64,000 nucleotides of DNA from a virus: positions 41,850-105,849 of the IMG/VR virus record IMGVR_UViG_3300042402_003577, one strand, 5' to 3'. A program made the translations under genes and the position numbers. The notes under the pieces were generated by a model. The model was not told where the DNA came from and did not search any database. It saw only the letters and a program-made list of their open reading frames with translations. Position 1 is the first letter of the stretch. Each line of letters starts with the position of its first letter. Below, piece after piece: positions 21,034 to 29,323 of this stretch.

Positions 21034-21418
21034 CGTCTGTGTTTTTATTATTATATAAATAGAGATTCTTTGTGTTTACCTTTTCTCCTGTTTCCTTATC
21101 TGTAAACTCTTTTACAATAATTTCTTCAGTTTCGTAATAGTTTCTCTTTATCTCTTCGCCTTCTCTTATTCTCCTAGTGGCTATTAAAGAATGCCCTTCC
21201 ACTCTTACGTTGGGATCAAAGGAATGCTTGATGTATTTTACAATAGGATCTAATACATGGTAATTTACATCTAATTGTATTGTGTGTTGAGTAGGTGTTT
21301 TTGATTCTTCACAACATATAAATAGAACAGTCTCGCCAGTAAAGAATTCTTTTGTTGAATGTACTTGTTTTATTCTCTTATTTTTGATAATTTCAAAATG
21401 ATTATTATGCTTATTCAT
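21005..21418 (-). CDS. SET-domain protein
   Basis: YIKHSFDPN...LIATRRIREGEEIKRNY matches the SET motifs NHSCxPN and GEELxxxY. Confidence 0.75.
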   Translation of the reverse strand: MNKHNNHFEIIKNKRIKQVHSTKEFFTGETVLFICCEESKTPTQHTIQLDVNYHVLDPIVKYIKHSFDPNVRVEGHSLIATRRIREGEEIKRNYYETEEIIVKEFTDKETGEKVNTKNLYLYNNKNTDDGLLFDAEF

Positions 21419-21932
21419 GTATTATTCTATCTTTAAAAATTTCTAATAAATCATCATAGTATAGGATGACATCCTCTCCTTTCATTAATTTTTTCATTTG
21501 TTTAATAGGTAGGGGCAAGTTTTTTAAGCAATCTTTAAACCCTGTTTGTTTTTGGTTGTTTTCAAAATCTATTTTATTATAAATATGATTTTTATTTACA
21601 TCTAATAGAGTTTCTATTCTAGGGAAATGAATTAAGCATCTAATGGTTTTATCCATTAAGCAAATAGGTGCCGTTGTTTTCAACAAAAGAAAGAACCCTG
21701 CACTAGAGCATTCCTCTATTGGAAAGAGGGTTATATCTCCATACTCTTCTATGGCTCTTGATAGAGGGTGTATGTAGCTTGTATATCCTCCAGGAGTATT
21801 TATAAATAAATTTACAGACTCAGAGTTGTTATTTAAGAATGAAATAGCTTCATTAACAATTGGCAACTCAAAAGGTCCTTCAAATATATAATTAACTCTT
21901 CTTTCTATGTTTGGTTCTTCTATGATTTCCAT
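21411..21932 (-). CDS. ClpP-like protease
   Basis: LFINTPGG, CSSAG (putative catalytic Ser) and LIHFP (putative catalytic His). Confidence 0.75.
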   Translation of the reverse strand: MEIIEEPNIERRVNYIFEGPFELPIVNEAISFLNNNSESVNLFINTPGGYTSYIHPLSRAIEEYGDITLFPIEECSSAGFFLLLKTTAPICLMDKTIRCLIHFPRIETLLDVNKNHIYNKIDFENNQKQTGFKDCLKNLPLPIKQMKKLMKGEDVILYYDDLLEIFKDRIIHE

Positions 21933-21933
21933 A

Positions 21934-22263
21934 TTATGCTTCTATGTTTTTAGCTATCCTTAAAGATATTGCTGTAGCATTACCATGAACATAAATAAAT
22001 TTATCTGAAGGAGTACTTAGTTGAATACTAAAATTTAACTCCTTGCTTTCTCCAGGTTCTATTATTGTACCTGTATTGATACCTGAAGGTGTTGTGCAAC
22101 CACAACTTTTTGCTACACTTTGGCATACAAAGGTTTCATCCCCTGTATTTTTTACCATAACTGAGCCTGTAACTGTTTGATTTCTTTTACCAGTCACCAC
22201 AATAACTTCTGGTTCAAATACCACTGTAGTGAGCTTTAAGTTTGGATTAATATTATCAGTCAT
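21934..22263 (-). CDS. DUF1573-like Ig-fold protein
   Basis: KNTGD....SCGCTTP...IEPGES motif. Confidence 0.75.
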   Translation of the reverse strand: MTDNINPNLKLTTVVFEPEVIVVTGKRNQTVTGSVMVKNTGDETFVCQSVAKSCGCTTPSGINTGTIIEPGESKELNFSIQLSTPSDKFIYVHGNATAISLRIAKNIEA

Positions 22264-22267
22264 TTTA

Positions 22268-22573
22268 TTAAAATTTTATATTATTTTCTAATTTAAATCT
22301 CTCCCACTCTCCTTCTTCCATCATATCAGGGAAGCAAGGATTTTCCTTTCTCTTACATCCATCTGTACCATAATACAGATCAGGGGTTTCACATCCACAT
22401 TCTAGGCAACTGCCATTTAATGTGCAAGGTTTAGCCACTTCTGCTCTCCAGAGCACTTGTTCTTTTTCATATTCAGGCAAAAAACCTGCCTCTCTGACTT
22501 GAGCAGAGAGGAAGTTTTTTACATTTTTAAAATTAATCTTTGCAGGATTAGCTGCATTTGGATCGGCAAACAT
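22268..22573 (-). CDS. Cys-rich hypothetical protein
   Basis: C..NGSCLECGC..P...C.....CFPDMM. Confidence 0.6.
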   Translation of the reverse strand: MFADPNAANPAKINFKNVKNFLSAQVREAGFLPEYEKEQVLWRAEVAKPCTLNGSCLECGCETPDLYYGTDGCKRKENPCFPDMMEEGEWERFKLENNIKF

Positions 22574-22585
22574 GTTAAAAATTAT

Positions 22586-22912
22586 TTATAGACTTAGAAT
22601 GTCCCAATTTTCTTTAAATTCTCCACCTTCCATTTTGTCATCACTTTCCATTTCTGTTTCATTCTCATCTTCTGATTCCATTTCTAGAGGATTTTTTTCA
22701 AAATACTTTTTAATACAAGAATATTCTCCTTCTCCATTGAAAGGATACTTATCCACTGTTAAAAGCCATCCATTGCTGATTTTTTCCAAAGTTTTTGTAA
22801 CTTCTTCTTTATCAGTTCTTTTTTTCAAGATAAAAGTCTCATCTCCTTGGTTCATTTCTTTGGTCATAGAAACAATTTTCTTTTTAACGACCATCATTGG
22901 TAATGTTTTCAT
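22586..22912 (-). CDS. Hypothetical protein
   Basis: 108 aa with an acidic C-terminus. Confidence 0.5.
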   Translation of the reverse strand: MKTLPMMVVKKKIVSMTKEMNQGDETFILKKRTDKEEVTKTLEKISNGWLLTVDKYPFNGEGEYSCIKKYFEKNPLEMESEDENETEMESDDKMEGGEFKENWDILSL

Positions 22913-22917
22913 TTTTT

Positions 22918-23172
22918 TTATTTATAGGTTAATAATAGCTTAATATAATTTGTAAATCTTTGTATCAAAGATAACTTAGAAGGTTTCTTTTTAAGAAATG
23001 ATGCAGAAGGAGCAGTACAATGAGTAGTGTCATAAACGATTGGAGTTTCATTTACAATGCTATTCTCAATCTTATTGCTTTCTAACAAAATTTTTTCTTC
23101 TTTTCTAGTTATTCCAGGTGACTTCTTTCTAGGAGAAGCTGGTGTTTTTTTCTTATTGATATTTTTTTCCAT
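22918..23172 (-). CDS. Hypothetical basic protein
   Basis: 84 aa. Confidence 0.45.
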   Translation of the reverse strand: MEKNINKKKTPASPRKKSPGITRKEEKILLESNKIENSIVNETPIVYDTTHCTAPSASFLKKKPSKLSLIQRFTNYIKLLLTYK

Positions 23173-23173
23173 G

Positions 23174-23602
23174 TTATATGATATGTTTTACAGTTACAAG
23201 ATCTTCTGGGATTAAAAATGTAAGCTCTAGAGCTTCTTCTGTTTCTTCTAGCTTGTGGCAGAAGAATGCAAAAGGCATTAATCCTTGTAAATAAGAGCCA
23301 AACACAGGTCTAGCTTCTCCATTAGGATCTCCTCCTACAGGTGGCTTATAACTTACAATAGGTTTATCCACCATACTATCTCCAATAGAAATAATATCTC
23401 CTTCTTGAAAGTTTTTGGAACCGTTAGCCATTAATACTTTAAAGGCATTTTTAATTTCAGTGGTTTTATGCTGATCCATACCCACTAACTGAGAAGCCAA
23501 TGCACTTTTTTTAGCATAACATTGTACTAAAATGTGATTTTCTCTTTTGATTTCAAATCCAAAATTTGGAATTGGTTGATCTTTGAATTCTTTGATTGTC
23601 AT
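23174..23602 (-). CDS. Hypothetical protein, possibly GroES-like
   Basis: HILVQ...KVLM...FQEGDII pattern resembles co-chaperonin. Confidence 0.35.
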   Translation of the reverse strand: MTIKEFKDQPIPNFGFEIKRENHILVQCYAKKSALASQLVGMDQHKTTEIKNAFKVLMANGSKNFQEGDIISIGDSMVDKPIVSYKPPVGGDPNGEARPVFGSYLQGLMPFAFFCHKLEETEEALELTFLIPEDLVTVKHII

Positions 23603-23636
23603 AATGTGTTTTTTTTGTGTGTTATAAAATAAAATA

Positions 23637-23644
23637 CAAATATA
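23637..23644 (-). promoter_or_regulatory. Bacteroidota-type -7 promoter element
   Basis: Intergenic TATATTTG on the minus strand. Confidence 0.55.
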
Positions 23645-23656
23645 CGAAAATAATTT

Positions 23657-23932
23657 TTATTTTCTTATATTATTTTTTAATGATCTAATTGTGTTTATCA
23701 TTTTTTGTGTCTTCTCTACATGCCTTAATTTAAAGAATAATCTAAGTCTTTTCTTTATCTTCATAATGCTTGGAGCTATTTTACCAAACTTAGGTAAATA
23801 CATTTCTCTATCAGGAGACTTTGACATCTCCTTTGAAAGCGTTTTTACATAATCTTTATAAATTATTTCCACCATTTCTGGGGAAACATCTCCAAGATTA
23901 TTAGAAACTTCTTCAAATATACTATTGGACAT
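23657..23932 (-). CDS. Possible IHF/HU-like DNA-binding protein
   Basis: Helical N-terminus then YLPKFGKI, with a basic C-terminus. Confidence 0.4.
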   Translation of the reverse strand: MSNSIFEEVSNNLGDVSPEMVEIIYKDYVKTLSKEMSKSPDREMYLPKFGKIAPSIMKIKKRLRLFFKLRHVEKTQKMINTIRSLKNNIRK

Positions 23933-24110
23933 CTGAAAATAATATGATTACAATAAAGGAAAACAAAGCCACTATGATTAAAAAGTCTCTACATATTCTT
24001 TTAATAGTAAAATCTAAAGGAGTGTCTTCTTTTAGCTTAAAAAATATATTCAAAGCTCCCATAGTGAGCAAAAATGTTATTGTTAAAATTAATTTTGCAG
24101 CTAATATCAT
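23922..24110 (-). CDS. Small two-TM membrane protein
   Basis: Two hydrophobic segments. Confidence 0.5.
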   Translation of the reverse strand: MILAAKLILTITFLLTMGALNIFFKLKEDTPLDFTIKRICRDFLIIVALFSFIVIILFSDVQ

Positions 24111-24301
24111 TATACTAATAGTAATTTTAAGCTATCGTCTAAGCTTATAGCTATGGTGAGGTTTTTATACTTCACTAACTCCTCATAGTATTCCATACCT
24201 AGCTCTCTTTTAAGTACCTCATAGGTGGAATTATCCATTATCATAAGCTTCCTGTAAGGGGAGTTCATTTCTTTTATTATTTGTATTATGCTCTTATTCA
24301 T
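24110..24301 (-). CDS. Hypothetical protein
   Basis: 63 aa, translationally coupled. Confidence 0.5.
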   Translation of the reverse strand: MNKSIIQIIKEMNSPYRKLMIMDNSTYEVLKRELGMEYYEELVKYKNLTIAISLDDSLKLLLV

Positions 24302-24710
24302 AAATAAAGTTTATATCAAGTTTAAATTCTTTGTCTTTATACATTTTTTCAAGCCATTGTGGTATTTCATAATCCAATACTCTAGGTTTTGAAAATCTAT
24401 CTGTAGGTTGTGAGATGGTTTTCTTTAGAATCTTATAAGGAATTATCCTATCATTTATATAGGCCCCAATATAAGAAGAAAACACTTGCATGTGCTTTGC
24501 AATCACTACATGCATTTGGTTCATATTCTTAAATTTATTTACATTATTTTCATGTAATTTAGGAAAATCTAATTTGTAATACAATACCCAGTATAAAACT
24601 TCAAGGGTTTTGTCGGAAAGTAAGATACCTCTGGTGGCCAGTAATACTCTGGCCCTTTCCATGAAGCATTCTTTCTTGTCTTTTTTTATATTTTGTTTAT
24701 ATACTCCCAT
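24294..24710 (-). CDS. Hypothetical protein
   Basis: 138 aa with an ACACAC leader. Confidence 0.55.
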   Translation of the reverse strand: MGVYKQNIKKDKKECFMERARVLLATRGILLSDKTLEVLYWVLYYKLDFPKLHENNVNKFKNMNQMHVVIAKHMQVFSSYIGAYINDRIIPYKILKKTISQPTDRFSKPRVLDYEIPQWLEKMYKDKEFKLDINFIYE

Positions 24711-24756
24711 TTTGTGTGTGTTTTATCTGTAACAATTATTTTAAAAATAAAGTTCC

Positions 24757-25011
24757 TTAAAATTTATATTTCTTTATAATATCCTTCACTTCATTCATAA
24801 TTCTTATATTGACATCTAAGCCTAAATGACCTGGAGAAAGTTCTTTCATAAGCTGAATAGAATTTGTAATATCCTCTAGAGCGCACTCTCTTGCGTAGTG
24901 ATGTATAAAATTTCTGCTCACACCCTGCTTTAGAGTGGATATATATTTATCTATTAGTTCTTTTGCATATTCCTCAGACGTGAGGAGAGTAATATTAGGT
25001 AGCTTATTCAT
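24757..25011 (-). CDS. Hypothetical protein
   Basis: 84 aa. AKEL...A.ECAL resembles the MTPxEKAxEL family. Confidence 0.5.
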   Translation of the reverse strand: MNKLPNITLLTSEEYAKELIDKYISTLKQGVSRNFIHHYARECALEDITNSIQLMKELSPGHLGLDVNIRIMNEVKDIIKKYKF

Positions 25012-25327
25012 TCTCTATTGTTTCAAATTCTTCTTGTTCAATTAATTCCTTTATCTCAATATCATTTAACTCTGTGCAATCTTTGACAAGTTGCATAAAT
25101 TCTTCTAAATCATCCTGGTGTATGGCAAATCTTTTAGCGTCAAATACCCCATAAGGATTACAGGATTCGTCAAGATCTATTTCTTCCAGGGTGTATGCCA
25201 TTGTTTTAGAAGGAATGGAATAGAATACCATCAGAATATGATAGAGTTCTTGTTCTTTCACCCATTTACTTGCAGGGATTATGCTTGGTTTATTCTTTTC
25301 GTCAATGCAGATAACTCTTACACTCAT
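25004..25327 (-). CDS. Hypothetical protein
   Basis: 107 aa, with a TATATTTG element at 25349-25356. Confidence 0.55.
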   Translation of the reverse strand: MSVRVICIDEKNKPSIIPASKWVKEQELYHILMVFYSIPSKTMAYTLEEIDLDESCNPYGVFDAKRFAIHQDDLEEFMQLVKDCTELNDIEIKELIEQEEFETIENE

Positions 25328-25385
25328 TATTATATTATTTTAAAATCGCAAATATACAAAAATTTTTTTAAATGCAAATATTTTT

Positions 25386-25907
25386 TTATAAAATAGAGGA
25401 TAATGCGGCATAATGTGTATTATCAAACAAACTTTGTACGTCTTTTTTGATTATTTTTCCATTAAAAGACAAATAAGGGTTGAATACCCAGTAGTTATGA
25501 TGATTTTCAAACCTATCATACACTTGAAACTTACCTATCACCCCTAATTTAAATAATTTCTCAATTATGTTCTGTATTTTTCTCCTATCAACATTAAAAA
25601 ACTCAGATAATTCCTTCATTGTACTCTCTGGTCTTAATGGTTCTAAACTGTTTGTATAGGCATGGGCCATCATAGACATCTTATAAGCCACTTTAAACTC
25701 TGTATCAGTGGTTTGAGTCTCTAATAATTGCCAAGCCTTTGTAAAAAACCTAGAATAACTCTCCTTACTTATGAAAAAATTCATAGAAGGGTCCTTGGGT
25801 TGCTTTTTTTCCTTATCCTTAGCGGAAACTTCCCTTACTTCACCAGTCTCTAAGTCTATCTTAGCAGCTCTTTCGTGGTGTTTTAACTTAATTACCTTTT
25901 CATACAT
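25386..25907 (-). CDS. RepL-like winged-helix protein
   Basis: IDLETGE, HTH-like 'KELSEFFNVDRRKIQNIIEKL', and FNPYLSFNG. Confidence 0.55.
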   Translation of the reverse strand: MYEKVIKLKHHERAAKIDLETGEVREVSAKDKEKKQPKDPSMNFFISKESYSRFFTKAWQLLETQTTDTEFKVAYKMSMMAHAYTNSLEPLRPESTMKELSEFFNVDRRKIQNIIEKLFKLGVIGKFQVYDRFENHHNYWVFNPYLSFNGKIIKKDVQSLFDNTHYAALSSIL

Positions 25908-25922
25908 AATCTTTGTTAATAT

Positions 25923-26342
25923 TTATCTACTAACAGATACGATAGCTTGAGGAAATTCTTTACAAGCAGACAAATACTCCTCTATAAAAGGAACAAAGTG
26001 GACATAAGTTCCCCATCCATTAGGAGAATCAAAAGTTTTATAATGTTCAGGCCTTGCTTTCATATCTTCCAATCCTTTTTCTATAATAGGGATTATTTCA
26101 TAAGCTCTCACCTCTACACTATCCTCATATTTTAATTCTTCATGGTAGTCTTCTATAGGAACATAACTCTCTTTCAACATATAAGGTCTCCATAACGCTT
26201 CATAAATCCCTGCTTCCTTAGCCATATCTCCTAGATTATGTGTAATGTTAGCCCCAAAAACCTCTTCTTCTTTTTCTTCTAATGTTTTACCCCCATCATA
26301 ACTAATGTGGTATTTTCTGTATAATCCTACATCTAAACTCAT
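25923..26342 (-). CDS. Conserved phage hypothetical protein
   Basis: MSLDV...ANITHNLG.MA...NGWGTY pattern. Confidence 0.65.
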   Translation of the reverse strand: MSLDVGLYRKYHISYDGGKTLEEKEEEVFGANITHNLGDMAKEAGIYEALWRPYMLKESYVPIEDYHEELKYEDSVEVRAYEIIPIIEKGLEDMKARPEHYKTFDSPNGWGTYVHFVPFIEEYLSACKEFPQAIVSVSR

Positions 26343-26371
26343 ATATTTATATTTTTTAAATTTTAAAAATA

Positions 26372-26486
26372 CTCCAACCTATCTACTCGTCAGTAGCATC
26401 AGTTGGAGGTTCCTCCGCTTATTTTCTTCGTCAGAGTTCTAAGACCTATTAGCAGTGGGCATGTTGCACAGAGGCCGAACAGGTTC
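26372..26486 (-). ncRNA. Putative structured RNA (three hairpins)
   Basis: GC-rich island with stems ACCTGTT/AATAGGT, CTCTG/CGGAG, CTCCAACT/GGTTGGAG and CTAC/GTAG. Confidence 0.4.
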
Positions 26487-26492
26487 ATTATT

Positions 26493-26555
26493 TTAACCAA
26501 TAAGAATAATGTCTACTACAATTTCTACAACACTATTATAATCTTTTAATTTCAT
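26493..26555 (-). CDS. Putative 20-aa micropeptide MKLKDYNSVVEIVVDIILIG
   Basis: Read by hand. TATATTTG promoter element at 26583-26590. Confidence 0.4.
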   Translation of the reverse strand: MKLKDYNSVVEIVVDIILIG

Positions 26556-26653
26556 TTTTAATGTTTAATTTGTTTTAAGTTACAAATATATAACATTTTT
26601 ATTTAAAAAGCAAGAGATAAAGAGAATATTTCTATTCTCCCTATCTACTTACT

Positions 26654-26779
26654 CCGTCAGGACAAGGATTCGAACCTGTATGATAACTTATGAGCGGTCT
26701 TAACGGGTCTTTCGAGGTTACTCACGTTATCCTTACTATTAACCTTTATTCATGCGTCTACCAATTCCGCCACCTGACT
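26654..26779 (-). ncRNA. tRNA-like RNA with the anticodon arm replaced by a long hairpin
   Basis: AGTCAGGTGGCGGAATTGGTAGACGC ... ACAGGTTCGAATCCTTGTCCTGAC, with about 75 nt of insert. Confidence 0.7.
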
Positions 26780-26787
26780 ATATTATT

Positions 26788-26916
26788 CACCAAGCTTCAT
26801 TCCGCGCGTCCGCGGAAGATTGGCTTAGCTATCTACCTTAACTTATGCCTTGGGCTATTCGTTTGCGTAGAAACAAGACCACAGCAAGTGAGCTGTTCTT
26901 ATGGGAAGCCTCGTGG
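26788..26916 (-). ncRNA. Putative multi-stem ncRNA
   Basis: Closing stem CACGAGGCTTC/GAAGCTTGGTG and hairpins ACAGC/GCTGT and TTCCGCG/CGCGGAA. Confidence 0.5.
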
Positions 26917-26923
26917 TACTATC

Positions 26924-26940
26924 GTAGTCAGGACAGGATT
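26924..26940 (-). pseudogene. 3' remnant of a second tRNA-like element
   Basis: AATCCTGTCCTGACTAC, homologous to the 3' end of 26654-26779 and abutting the HNH stop codon. Confidence 0.6.
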
Positions 26941-27352
26941 ATTTATTTTTTAACCCCTCTCTCCATTTTCTAATTATTGCATTGTGAATATCTTTACATT
27001 CTTGACATCTACAACCTCTTTTGTATGCTCCATTACTAGGATGTTTTTTAAGTTTTTCAATATCAATACCTCCTAATAATTTTATCCTTCCTTTATCAAA
27101 CCCATCTTGCCAATTATCTTTAGGTGTTCCCAAAAACAAATGCTCTGGATTAACGCATTTTCTATTATCACAAGAATGACAAACATACATCCCTTCAGGT
27201 ATATCTCCATTATATAACTTATAAGAGACTCTATGGGCATCTACAACTTTCCCATCTATCTTAAAAGCTCCATAACCTGATTTGCCTCTTAGAGATGCTT
27301 TCCATATCCAACAAGTTTCAGTTTTATTAATTTTATTTAAAAATCTTTCCAT
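26939..27352 (-). CDS. HNH homing endonuclease
   Basis: [35 protein letters not shown]. Confidence 0.92.
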   Translation of the reverse strand: MERFLNKINKTETCWIWKASLRGKSGYGAFKIDGKVVDAHRVSYKLYNGDIPEGMYVCHSCDNRKCVNPEHLFLGTPKDNWQDGFDKGRIKLLGGIDIEKLKKHPSNGAYKRGCRCQECKDIHNAIIRKWREGLKNK

Positions 27353-27415
27353 ATTATTTATCCTCCTAGAATATCATCTACTACTACATCTATCATAATG
27401 AATTGTTTTTTATTA

Positions 27416-27475
27416 TTATCCGCCTAATACATCTATCTCCACTATATCATCCTTTATAATTAATTGTTTTTTCAT
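27416..27475 (-). CDS. Putative 19-aa micropeptide MKKQLIIKDDIVEIDVLGG
   Basis: Read by hand. A diverged tandem copy lies at 27358-27413. Confidence 0.4.
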   Translation of the reverse strand: MKKQLIIKDDIVEIDVLGG

Positions 27476-27482
27476 ATTGTTT

Positions 27483-27806
27483 TTATTTTAGTAAAGTGAA
27501 TAGTTCGTATGTAGAATTTTTAGTTTTAAATTTAATGTAATCGTCTTTTTGTTCAATTATCTCTGTTACAGAAGTCGTCATCCAAGTAAAGGTTGGGCCA
27601 AAAGGAGACATTAATAAACTTCTACCAACTTTAATATCTTCAAAATTATCTTGACAGTGTCCATCCTCATTCCAACCTAACCATTTCACATCTAAAGATG
27701 TTTTTGTTAACTGATCTGATTCTCGAATTAGTTTGTATTTATGATCTGATTCCTTTCCATAGATTTCTTCAACTACATTATCTAAATATAAAGTTTCTCT
27801 TTTCAT
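27483..27806 (-). CDS. Conserved phage hypothetical protein
   Basis: FTWMTT.VTEI......FKT.NS.Y. Confidence 0.6.
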   Translation of the reverse strand: MKRETLYLDNVVEEIYGKESDHKYKLIRESDQLTKTSLDVKWLGWNEDGHCQDNFEDIKVGRSLLMSPFGPTFTWMTTSVTEIIEQKDDYIKFKTKNSTYELFTLLK

Positions 27807-27985
27807 ATTTTATTTTGTTTTAAATGGTTGTTATAATAATTTTTAATCAAACATTCTCTAAGAAACTTATTTATAGAATTAAATCTATCTTCTTTCTCCA
27901 TCTCCTTAGCCTTTTCTAAATCAAAAGCATCTAACTCTCTTTCTTTAGATAATTCAAATAACCAATCAATTGCTGTCTGTTTCAT
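27803..27985 (-). CDS. Small hypothetical protein (MKQTAxxWL family)
   Basis: N-terminus shared with 40467..40670. Confidence 0.55.
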   Translation of the reverse strand: MKQTAIDWLFELSKERELDAFDLEKAKEMEKEDRFNSINKFLRECLIKNYYNNHLKQNKI

Positions 27986-28191
27986 AACTTCTCTATCTCT
28001 TGTTTAACTTCTTCCCAATAATTAATTCTTTTTTCAAAATGTTCTTCTTCCATTCCGTACATATCGTCATCAAGAATTTCATCAACTGCTATTAATGCAC
28101 AATCTTTGGCCATATCATCTGGGTAAGAACTATCTGCACATTTTTGGTAATACTTATCTACTAACTCTTTTGCTTTTTCTTCTGGTGTCAT
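27982..28191 (-). CDS. Small hypothetical protein (MTPxEKAxEL family)
   Basis: Paralog of 39700..39882. TATCTTTG at 28207-28214. Confidence 0.6.
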   Translation of the reverse strand: MTPEEKAKELVDKYYQKCADSSYPDDMAKDCALIAVDEILDDDMYGMEEEHFEKRINYWEEVKQEIEKL

Positions 28192-28243
28192 ATTTTAATA
28201 TTTATGCAAAGATACAACCTTTATTTTAATTCATTATTATTTT

Positions 28244-28516
28244 TTAATTGTTATCTGCAGCTAAAGCACCTGCTTTAAATCCTCTATTATACCCATCTCT
28301 ATAGCTATCTTGTCCTAATCTAGGAATTGGACAAAGAGGGGTTATAGGACAAATGGCAAATTGTCCTTTGACATCTTTCCACCCTTCGCAATACCCATCT
28401 TTCCACCCGCTACAATACTCATAATTTACACACTCTTTTCCAACCTCCTTACTGATATAAGAAGATATTAATAATCCCCCACTCATAATCCATAATAATA
28501 ATACTATTTTTTTCAT
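28244..28516 (-). CDS. Small exported Cys-rich protein
   Basis: Signal-like N-terminus and GWKDGY repeats. TATCTTTG at 28534-28541. Confidence 0.55.
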   Translation of the reverse strand: MKKIVLLLWIMSGGLLISSYISKEVGKECVNYEYCSGWKDGYCEGWKDVKGQFAICPITPLCPIPRLGQDSYRDGYNRGFKAGALAADNN

Positions 28517-28559
28517 TTCTTTATAATTTTATGCAAAGATAATACATTTATATTCAATG

Positions 28560-28745
28560 TCAAGAATTTTTTTTATAATCTAAATAAAATCCTATAGCCA
28601 CAATTATATTCATCCCACAAGAAGCAGCTATCTCATGGACATCCTCATATACATTCAAACTCAAATGAATATGGCCTATAGTCCAAAAAGGAATGGATAG
28701 GTTCTGTGACACCCAAATAATAAAATATTTTATAAACTCCTTCAT
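28560..28745 (-). CDS. Small membrane protein
   Basis: 61 aa, hydrophobic. Confidence 0.5.
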   Translation of the reverse strand: MKEFIKYFIIWVSQNLSIPFWTIGHIHLSLNVYEDVHEIAASCGMNIIVAIGFYLDYKKNS

Positions 28746-28787
28746 ATTTTTAATTCCTATATAAAATAATCTTTTACAAAAAAAACT

Positions 28788-29144
28788 TTATTTTTGCTTA
28801 TTAACTATTTCTATTAATTTTTTAAGACAAGCAAGTTCTGCCTCCTCATAAGAATTAAACCTCAAGTCTTCATCTTCTGAATGATATACATAATCATTTA
28901 AAATGATGTCATCAACTCTAATATACCAATGCGCAGGAGTACAAACATGTAAATCTATACAGCCAAACAAATTATACTTCTCTCTAAACCATCTAAATGC
29001 TTGTTGGTAAAGTGGTGCAATAGTATCTGTCTTATCCCAATCATTAAGTATTCCTGTTGGCCCATACCAACCAAAACACGGTTCACTAAAACCAAGTTTT
29101 TCAAGAGCTAATGCTTGTTCGTGAGGTATAAATTCTTTTTCCAT
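28788..29144 (-). CDS. Conserved phage hypothetical protein
   Basis: MEKEFIP.EQAL.L..LGF.EPC...APLYQQAFRWFREKY...YEEAELACLKKLIEIV. TATCTTTG at 29160-29167. Confidence 0.65.
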   Translation of the reverse strand: MEKEFIPHEQALALEKLGFSEPCFGWYGPTGILNDWDKTDTIAPLYQQAFRWFREKYNLFGCIDLHVCTPAHWYIRVDDIILNDYVYHSEDEDLRFNSYEEAELACLKKLIEIVNKQK

Positions 29145-29284
29145 ATAAATAATTTTTTACAAAGATACAAACTTTTATACAAATAGCAATAATTATTTTT
29201 CTATTAGAAAGAATTTATTTTTACACATTTATCACGCTTATTTTCAAAAACCCCTCAACGAAGAAATGCGGGTTTCAGCGGGTC

Positions 29285-29323
29285 AAAAGTACAAAAATGT
29301 ACACGAAAAGTACAAAAATGTAC
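29285..29323. repeat. Tandem 18-bp direct repeat AAAAGTACAAAAATGTAC (21-bp period)
   Basis: Copies at 29285 and 29306. Confidence 0.85.

Noticed and set aside
1009-24150. Numerous short plus-strand ORFs opposite the structural genes (and minus-strand ORFs opposite the right arm)
   Set aside because: They overlap longer motif-bearing genes on the other strand and are shadow ORFs.
26372-26486. Second hammerhead or HDV-like (theta) ribozyme
   Set aside because: CTGACGA is present, but I could not build stem II + GAAA or the nested double pseudoknot.
26654-26779. tmRNA
   Set aside because: Too short, has a D stem, and lacks an Ala acceptor identity or tag ORF.
26690-26953. 87-aa plus-strand ORF
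   Set aside because: Antisense to the tRNA-like and structured RNA elements, with atypical composition.
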